From NCBI GenBank assembly GCA_003140935.1, contig PLLJ01000039.1, positions 76,007 through 140,006 of the forward strand: 64,000 bases of DNA, read 5' to 3'. Each line of letters starts with the position of its first letter. The first letter of the stretch is position 1. The translations under genes and the position numbers were made by a program. Source of the DNA: Candidatus Omnitrophota bacterium (lineage in GTDB: Bacteria > Omnitrophota > Omnitrophia > Omnitrophales > Aquincolibacteriaceae). A model generated the notes under the pieces. The model made no database searches, was not told the DNA's origin, and worked only from the letters and a program-made list of their open reading frames with translations. Shown piece after piece: positions 57,627-64,000 of this stretch.

Positions 57627-59101
57627 TCCGCTCCGTCCGGTTCTCTTTGACCCTTTGGTATGCCGCGATCCTGATCGTGATCCTTTCCCTGTTCGGGGGA
57701 GTGCTTTACACGAATATGCGGTCCAACCTCGCACGGGATGTCGACCGGTTGTTGGCCTCCGAAGCGGACGGGGTCAGTGATGCCATTGCCTCTTTCGGAA
57801 AAGCCGAGATCGAGGCTAAAAATCCGCGCATCTCTTCCCAGGAAAAACTCACGGAGATCTTTCTGGGAAATGCCGCCCGCGGCGAGATCCCGGCGCTTGT
57901 CAGGCGATGGGCCGAAGTGACGGCTGAACTGGATACCGTGCGTCCGGTTCGTATTATTTCTCAAACGGGCGAAACGCTGGCTTTTTCTTCCAGCCTTTCG
58001 AATTGGTCGATCCCTGTTAATGCCCAGGCGCTCCGTCATGCGAGCGGGGGAAAGACGTCTTACGAGACTTACAGCGTCGCGTCCGGCCACCGGGTACGGA
58101 TCGTGACGTATCCCATTCTTGAAAAGGGACGCCTCCTTTATTTTGTGCAAGTCGTGACCTCCCTTCTCGAGACAGACGCCTCCCTGGATCGTTTGAGGAG
58201 CTGGCTGCTTTGGCTGATCCCGATGACGGCGATCCTGGCCAGTCTGGTGGGGTGGTTTTTGGCAAGTCTGGCGCTTCGTCCCGTGGGAAGGATGATCCAC
58301 GAAGCCCGGCAGATGAGCGAATCGCGGCTTCACCGGCGCATCGCCGTGCCAAAGACCGGGGATGAACTCCAAAAATTGGGCCAAACCTTCAACGAAATGA
58401 TCGACCGTTTCGAACGGGGTTTCAAAAGGCTGCGTCAGTTCAGCGCTGCGGCTTCCCATGAGCTTCGCACCCCGCTCACCGTGATGAAAGGGGAAATGGA
58501 ACTGGTCTTGCGCAAATCACGGACCGAGGAAGAATATGAAAGGGTGCTCCGGAACCAGCTCCGGGTGGTCGATGACATGGCGCGCGTCGTGGAACAGCTC
58601 TTGGCGGTGGCGCACGCGGAGGACGGGGAATTGGCCGTCCAGTGGGAGGTGCTGGAGTTGGAGACGCTCATCCGTTCCGTCGCGCAAAGCTTGGGTCTGA
58701 TCGCAAACGATAAAAAGATCTCGCTTCAGATCCATGCGGAAAGAAACGTCCGGATCCAGGGGGAGCGGAGGCTCTTGGAACGTCTGATCGCCAATCTCCT
58801 TGAGAACGCGATCAAACACACGCCGGCGGGGGGTCAGGTGACGCTGGAGGCGGTCCGGCGCGGGGAACAGTCCCTTTTGATCGTACGGGATACCGGGAAG
58901 GGGATCTCCGCGGAAGACAGGCCGAAAATATTCAATAAGTTTTTCAGCCCGCAACAATCCTCCGAAGGCGTTCCTTCCACGGGGATCGGGCTCGGGCTTT
59001 GCCGATGGATCGCGGAAGTCCACCGGGGAAAGATCGAGGTCACGAGCCTTCCGGGTCAGGGCGCGGAATTCACCGTCTCTTTTCCTTTCGCGGGGTCTTG
59101 A
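57623..59101 (+). CDS. HAMP sensor histidine kinase (CusS-like)
   Basis: ASHELRTPL, NLLENAIK, GIGLGL; ATGA overlap. Confidence 0.92.
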   Translation: MIRSVRFSLTLWYAAILIVILSLFGGVLYTNMRSNLARDVDRLLASEADGVSDAIASFGKAEIEAKNPRISSQEKLTEIFLGNAARGEIPALVRRWAEVTAELDTVRPVRIISQTGETLAFSSSLSNWSIPVNAQALRHASGGKTSYETYSVASGHRVRIVTYPILEKGRLLYFVQVVTSLLETDASLDRLRSWLLWLIPMTAILASLVGWFLASLALRPVGRMIHEARQMSESRLHRRIAVPKTGDELQKLGQTFNEMIDRFERGFKRLRQFSAAASHELRTPLTVMKGEMELVLRKSRTEEEYERVLRNQLRVVDDMARVVEQLLAVAHAEDGELAVQWEVLELETLIRSVAQSLGLIANDKKISLQIHAERNVRIQGERRLLERLIANLLENAIKHTPAGGQVTLEAVRRGEQSLLIVRDTGKGISAEDRPKIFNKFFSPQQSSEGVPSTGIGLGLCRWIAEVHRGKIEVTSLPGQGAEFTVSFPFAGS

Positions 59102-59229
59102 AGGCTCCGGACTTATTTCAACAGTTTCAAACATCCTTCCATTGCGGTACAATACGCGGCGAAAAAATAAAGTAGGGGAGCGTTCTTAATTTCATCATTC
59201 ACCGGGATCATCCGGGAAGACGTTTTTAT

Positions 59230-61785
59230 ATGCCGAACTCTCAAAATCAAAAAAATCAGAAGCCCGTCGCTTTCTTCAGCGCGGCGCTTGTCGAAGATCT
59301 CCTGAAAGAATTCATGACCTCGTGGGGGGGTCTTTCGAAGGACGAGGCCGCTTTACGGCTTGAAAGGCACGGCTACAATGAGCCGGCCAAAAGGAAAAAA
59401 AGGGCCGCGTTGTGGCAGCTCCTCCAAAAATTCTGGGATCCGCTCATCCTCGTTCTGATCGTTATCTGCCTCTTTTCGCTTTTTTTCGGAGAAAAGATCC
59501 AGGCCCTGCTCGTGCTTTTCATGATCTTCCTGAGCGTCGGCCTTTCTTTTACCCAGGAATACCGTTCCCACAAAGCGGCCGAAAAACTGAACGAGCTTGT
59601 GCGCGCCACCGCCACCGTCTTCCGGGACGGAGCCGAGGTCGAGGTCCGGATGCGCGAGATCGTCCCGGGCGACATCGTGAACCTTTTCGCGGGCGACATG
59701 ATCCCCGCCGATCTCCGGATCCTTTCCTGCAAAGACCTTTTTATCAACCAGTCGTCGCTGACGGGGGAATCCTTTCCCATCGAAAAGAGCGCGGCGTCCG
59801 CCAAGACAGAAGGGGTCGCGGTCACAAGCCTCGGGAATATCGCATTCATGGGTTCCAGCGTCGTCAGCGGTACGGCGCTCGGGCTTGTCATCAAGACGGG
59901 GATCGAAACGCAATTCGGAGAGATCTCCAAGCGTCTTGCCACCATCCGTACGATGACGAGTTTTGACAAAGGGATCCAGAAATTCGTATGGCTCATGATC
60001 CGGATCATGGTCCTTTTGGTGGTCGTTATTTTCGCGATTAATTTTTTCACCAAAGGGGACATCATTCAGGCCCTTCTCTTCTCGCTCGCGGTCGCGGTCG
60101 GTCTGACCCCGGAAATGCTTCCGATGCTCGTGACGGTGAATCTGTCCAAGGGCGCGATCGCGATGTCCCAGAAGAAAGTGATCGTGAAACGCCTGAACTC
60201 GATCCAGAACCTGGGCGCCATGGACGTGATCTGCACCGACAAGACCGGGACGCTCACGCTGGATGATGTCGTGCTCGAACGGCACTGCGACGTGGTCCGC
60301 AATGAGAACGAAGAGGTCCTGAAATACGCTTTCATGAACAGTTTTTACCAGACGGGTCTGAAGAACCTGCTGGACCGCGCGATCCTGAAGCATGAACTTG
60401 CGCTCACCGAGCAATACACCAAGGCCGATGAGATCCCGTTCGATTTTTCACGCAGGATCATGTCGGTGATCGTGGAGGCCCATGACAAACAAACGCTTAT
60501 TTCCAAAGGCGCGCCGGAGGAGATCTTCAAGCGTTGCAGTCATTACGAGCTCGAAGGCGAAATTCTGGAGATGGAAAATCTGATCCTTTCGGACCTCAAG
60601 GAAGAGTACGACAGTTTGAGCGCCGACGGTTTCCGGGTCCTGGCGGTGGCTTATAAGAACATGCCCGAGAAAAAAAGCGTTTACAGCAGGGACGATGAAA
60701 AGGACCTGGTCTTGATCGGCTACCTCGCGTTCCTCGATCCGCCGAAACCCAGCGCCAAGGAGACGATCCGCCGCCTCAAAAAACTCGGCATCGAATTCAA
60801 AGTGCTGACCGGCGACAACGAGCTGGTGACCAAAAAGATCTGCAGCCATGTCGGGCTGGATGTTCACGAGATGGTCACGGGCGACAAACTGGAGACCTTA
60901 AGCGATTCCGCCCTCAAAGAACTTGTGCAAAAAACCACCGTTTTCGCGCGGCTTTCACCGATCCAAAAAGAACGCGTGATCCATGCTTTGCACGAGAACG
61001 GTCATGTGGTGGGCTATTTGGGGGACGGGATCAACGATGCCCCCGCGCTCAAAACCTCGGATGTCGGCATCTCCGTCAATAACGCGGTCGATATTGCCAA
61101 GGAATCCGCGGATATCATCCTCCTCGAGAAAAGCCTCCTGGTCCTGGAAGACGGTGTCCTGGAAGGGCGCAAGACTTTCGGGAATATCATGAAATACATC
61201 AAGATGGGGTCCAGCTCCAATTTCGGGAATATGATCAGCATGACCGGGGCGAGCCTGTTCCTGCCGTTCCTTCCGATGCTTCCGATCCAGATCCTGCTCA
61301 ACAACTTTCTCTATGACGTTTCGCAGGTCGCGATCCCCACCGATAAAGTGGACAGCGACTATCTGCTCAAGCCGAAAGGCTGGGACATCGCGTCCATCCG
61401 GCGGTTCATGCTGATCTTCGGTCCCATCAGTTCCTTTTTTGATTTCCTGACCTTCGGCCTCCTGCTTTTTGTTTTCAAGGCCGCGCCGGCGCAGTTCCAG
61501 ACGGGCTGGTTCCTGGAATCGCTCTGCACTCAGACCTTTATCATCCATGTCATTCGCACGGCCAAGGTCCCTTTCGTTGAGAGCCGTCCGAGCTCCTTCT
61601 TGGTGGGGATGTCTGTTTTTATCGTCGCGGTGGCTTTTGCGATCACTCTGACGCCCTTCGGAAAACTGTTCGGGTTCATTCCTCCGACCTGGAGTTACGG
61701 TCTGACGCTCTTCCTGATCGTCCTCTGTTATCTCGCCCTCACCCAAAAGATCAAATCCTGGTACGTTAAAAAGTACGGCTACTGA
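59230..61785 (+). CDS. mgtA: magnesium-translocating P-type ATPase
   Basis: TGES, GLTPEMLPM, DKTGT, GDGINDA, SSNFGN, FQTGWFLES. Confidence 0.93.
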   Translation: MPNSQNQKNQKPVAFFSAALVEDLLKEFMTSWGGLSKDEAALRLERHGYNEPAKRKKRAALWQLLQKFWDPLILVLIVICLFSLFFGEKIQALLVLFMIFLSVGLSFTQEYRSHKAAEKLNELVRATATVFRDGAEVEVRMREIVPGDIVNLFAGDMIPADLRILSCKDLFINQSSLTGESFPIEKSAASAKTEGVAVTSLGNIAFMGSSVVSGTALGLVIKTGIETQFGEISKRLATIRTMTSFDKGIQKFVWLMIRIMVLLVVVIFAINFFTKGDIIQALLFSLAVAVGLTPEMLPMLVTVNLSKGAIAMSQKKVIVKRLNSIQNLGAMDVICTDKTGTLTLDDVVLERHCDVVRNENEEVLKYAFMNSFYQTGLKNLLDRAILKHELALTEQYTKADEIPFDFSRRIMSVIVEAHDKQTLISKGAPEEIFKRCSHYELEGEILEMENLILSDLKEEYDSLSADGFRVLAVAYKNMPEKKSVYSRDDEKDLVLIGYLAFLDPPKPSAKETIRRLKKLGIEFKVLTGDNELVTKKICSHVGLDVHEMVTGDKLETLSDSALKELVQKTTVFARLSPIQKERVIHALHENGHVVGYLGDGINDAPALKTSDVGISVNNAVDIAKESADIILLEKSLLVLEDGVLEGRKTFGNIMKYIKMGSSSNFGNMISMTGASLFLPFLPMLPIQILLNNFLYDVSQVAIPTDKVDSDYLLKPKGWDIASIRRFMLIFGPISSFFDFLTFGLLLFVFKAAPAQFQTGWFLESLCTQTFIIHVIRTAKVPFVESRPSSFLVGMSVFIVAVAFAITLTPFGKLFGFIPPTWSYGLTLFLIVLCYLALTQKIKSWYVKKYGY

Positions 61786-61792
61786 TCGCGCG

Positions 61793-62075
61793 CAGAAATT
61801 TCCAAGGATCCTGAAGCGCGCTCCGAGGGTCGAGCGGGCATGGTGGCGAGCAGGACCGGGCGTCGTCACCCGCGGTTCGTTTCTTCCAGCGAGAAACGAC
61901 CGCTTGCGGCTCTCGCCCTTGGGATCCGCCCCCAAGGGGGCGGCACCAAGCTCCCAAGGGCTCCGAACGCTGCCTCCGTCCCAGTCCTGCTCGCCGAGCG
62001 AGACCAGAGGCGCGAGTGAAGTTTTTTCTCGCTGGGAAAAAACGAGCGGCGAAGAAGGATCCTGGGAAATTTCTG
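61793..62075 (+). ncRNA. candidate large structured RNA/ssDNA element, copy 2
   Basis: homologous architecture to 53839-54202. Confidence 0.65.
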
Positions 62076-62167
62076 TGGGGCGGATTTGCAAAACAGCAGT
62101 TTCCGTTTTTCGTTAGGTGAGTATAATACGTCATTCGTTCACCAGTCGATTAACGTAGGAATTTTAT

Positions 62168-63313
62168 ATGAAAAAAGAGCCTTCAAGCGCGTCAAAACTG
62201 GTCAAAGGTTTGGAAGGGGTTGTGGCCGCCCAGACATCCCTCAGCGACGTGGACGGCGAGAACGGCCGGCTTCTCTATCGCGGTATTCCCATCGGAGAAC
62301 TGGTCGAAAAGTCCCATTTCGAAGAAGTGACGTATCATCTTTGGTACGCGAAACTTCCTACCACCGAGGAGCTCCGGGTCTTCAAGGAGACTTTGAAGGC
62401 GCAGAGGCCGCTCTCCGAACTCGCGATGCAGGTCCTGAGACTGATCCCCACCACCACCCATCCCATGAGCGCTCTTAGGACCATGTGTTCGCTGATGGGG
62501 AGCCTGGATCCGCGGGCCCATATCGTCAATCCCGAGGAATCCCAGCGTAAGGCCTATCATCTGACGGGTGTATTTCCGACCATTATTGCCGCCTTTCACA
62601 GACTTCGCGAAGGAAAGAAACCCATTCAGCCGGACATGAGCCTTTCGCACGCGGCCAATTTCCTTTATATGATGAACGGCACGAAACCAACCCCGGAAAT
62701 GGAGAAGGCGCTAGACGCCTACCTGATCCTTCTGGCCGACCACGGACTCAACGCTTCGACTTTCGCGGCGCGCGTGACGACCGGGACCTTATCGAACCTT
62801 TATTCGGCGGTCACTTCCGCGGTCGGGACGCTCGCGGGCGAACTTCACGGCGCGGCGAACCAATACGCGATGGAAATGATCCTGGAGATCGGAACGCCGG
62901 CCAATGCCGCCCCGTATGTGAATAAACTTTTGGATGAGAAAAAGAAAGTCATGGGCTTCGGGCACCGGATCTACAAGACCCGCGATCCGCGCGCCGAGGC
63001 GTTCCGGAAGATCGCGCATGACCTGTGCGTCAAGGCGGGAAAGATGGACTGGCTTGAGATCGCGGCGCATGTCGAGAAAGTCATGATGGACCGCAAAAAG
63101 ATCCCCTGCAACGTGGATTTTTTCTCGGCCCCCGTGCTTTATGTGCTCGGATTCCCGCCCGATTTTTTCACGACGGTCTTTGCGGCGAGCCGCGTCGCCG
63201 GGTGGAGCGGCCACATCATCGAGCAGCAGCTGGACAATCGCTTGATCCGTCCGCTCGCGGAATATATCGGTCCGCAAGAACAGTATTACATTCCCCACGA
63301 AGAACGGAAATAA
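62168..63313 (+). CDS. gltA: citrate synthase
   Basis: GLEGV, DHGLNAST, LHGAAN, GFGHRIY, NVDF, LIRP. Confidence 0.9.
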   Translation: MKKEPSSASKLVKGLEGVVAAQTSLSDVDGENGRLLYRGIPIGELVEKSHFEEVTYHLWYAKLPTTEELRVFKETLKAQRPLSELAMQVLRLIPTTTHPMSALRTMCSLMGSLDPRAHIVNPEESQRKAYHLTGVFPTIIAAFHRLREGKKPIQPDMSLSHAANFLYMMNGTKPTPEMEKALDAYLILLADHGLNASTFAARVTTGTLSNLYSAVTSAVGTLAGELHGAANQYAMEMILEIGTPANAAPYVNKLLDEKKKVMGFGHRIYKTRDPRAEAFRKIAHDLCVKAGKMDWLEIAAHVEKVMMDRKKIPCNVDFFSAPVLYVLGFPPDFFTTVFAASRVAGWSGHIIEQQLDNRLIRPLAEYIGPQEQYYIPHEERK

Positions 63314-63402
63314 GGGGACGGAGTTTTCTGCCCCGCTCGTCCTGAGCGAAGCGGCTGGGGTCGCAACGACGGAATGTTGTCATAAAAAGGCGGGACACAA
63401 TC

Positions 63403-64000
63403 ATGGCCGCGAATCTTGATTACGCATACGATCAATATTTGAAGACCCACGAGGCCCGCGCCATTCCCGCCCTGGGCCGGTTCAAAGACAAGCTCAAAGA
63501 CCCCACGTTCGCGTACGGCCGGTTCACGGTCCCGGCCTTCTATAAAGCTTATTTTGTCACGCCCAAGCAGCAGCATCTTCTGAAGCGCGCCGCCTCCGCT
63601 TTCTCCCAGATCCTTAATAAGACCGCGCGTCTTTATTTTGAAGAGGCGCAAATGCAGTCTCACTTCCATCTTTCCCCCGAAGCCGAAGAGCTCGTGAGGA
63701 TCGATCCGGGTTATTCGCAGCCGGTCGTCTTCAGCCGCTTTGACGCGCTCCTGGAAGGAGAGAGCCTGAAACTTTTGGAGTTCAACTGCGACGCTCCCGC
63801 CGGCGCCGCTTACACGGACCAGCTGGAGTCCTCGTTCCTTTCCGAGGAACTGATCTGGCCTTTCGCCGAGGAGCATCATCTGGCCGCGAGCGAACGCGTT
63901 CAAAGCATTCTTTCGACCCTGCTTTCGGTCTATGAAGAGTTCGGCGGTTATGAAACTCCCCAGATCGCGATCGTCGACTGGCGGCACGCGAGGACGACCC
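63403..64000 (+). CDS. circularly permuted type 2 ATP-grasp / glutathionylspermidine synthase-like protein (partial)
   Basis: translated by hand: IDPGY...FSRFD...LLEFNCDAPAG...IAIVDW; runs off the window end. Confidence 0.75.
   Translation, partial: MAANLDYAYDQYLKTHEARAIPALGRFKDKLKDPTFAYGRFTVPAFYKAYFVTPKQQHLLKRAASAFSQILNKTARLYFEEAQMQSHFHLSPEAEELVRIDPGYSQPVVFSRFDALLEGESLKLLEFNCDAPAGAAYTDQLESSFLSEELIWPFAEEHHLAASERVQSILSTLLSVYEEFGGYETPQIAIVDWRHARTT

Noticed and set aside
59102-59229. M-box or mgtA-leader riboswitch
   Set aside because: Short intergenic region with no recognisable conserved motifs or terminator.
63331-63362. REP-like hairpin after gltA
   Set aside because: Single short copy; cannot be assigned to a family from this window.

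Overview
Bacterial chromosomal window, GC-rich in core genes. The gene content (TIGR04073-like paralogs, SGNH-TPR proteins, PilT) suggests Ca. Omnitrophota or a related PVC-adjacent lineage; this is inference only. 1-25 kb is mostly housekeeping: pilT-like, tadA, tRNA-Ser(TGA), rlmN, ychF, cysE, rnhA, pepA, RsmB- and TrmJ-family methyltransferases, pyrE, mutY, suhB, and icd-hemerythrin x2-acnA. 25-56 kb is an almost entirely + strand accessory tract. It holds a visibly AT-rich island (~27-38.6 kb) with a ClpP-like protease, a PIN nuclease, a GIY-YIG-like protein and a DUF1016-N/thermonuclease fusion. The window ends with a CusRS-like two-component pair, mgtA, citrate synthase and a truncated circularly permuted ATP-grasp gene. 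The most unusual signal is intergenic and consists of several nested non-coding element families: (1) two divergent copies of a ~285-365 nt multi-stem element with compensatory base changes; (2) arrays of ~36-39 bp imperfect palindromes joined by 3-bp linkers, period ~40 bp; (3) GGGACTC-heptamer inverted-repeat arms that enclose a four-helix-bundle gene at one site and are empty elsewhere; (4) repeated duplications of gene or tRNA 3' ends around cargo DNA. No integrase, transposase, reverse transcriptase or cas gene is visible. Family calls are from motif recognition by eye, not from database searches.
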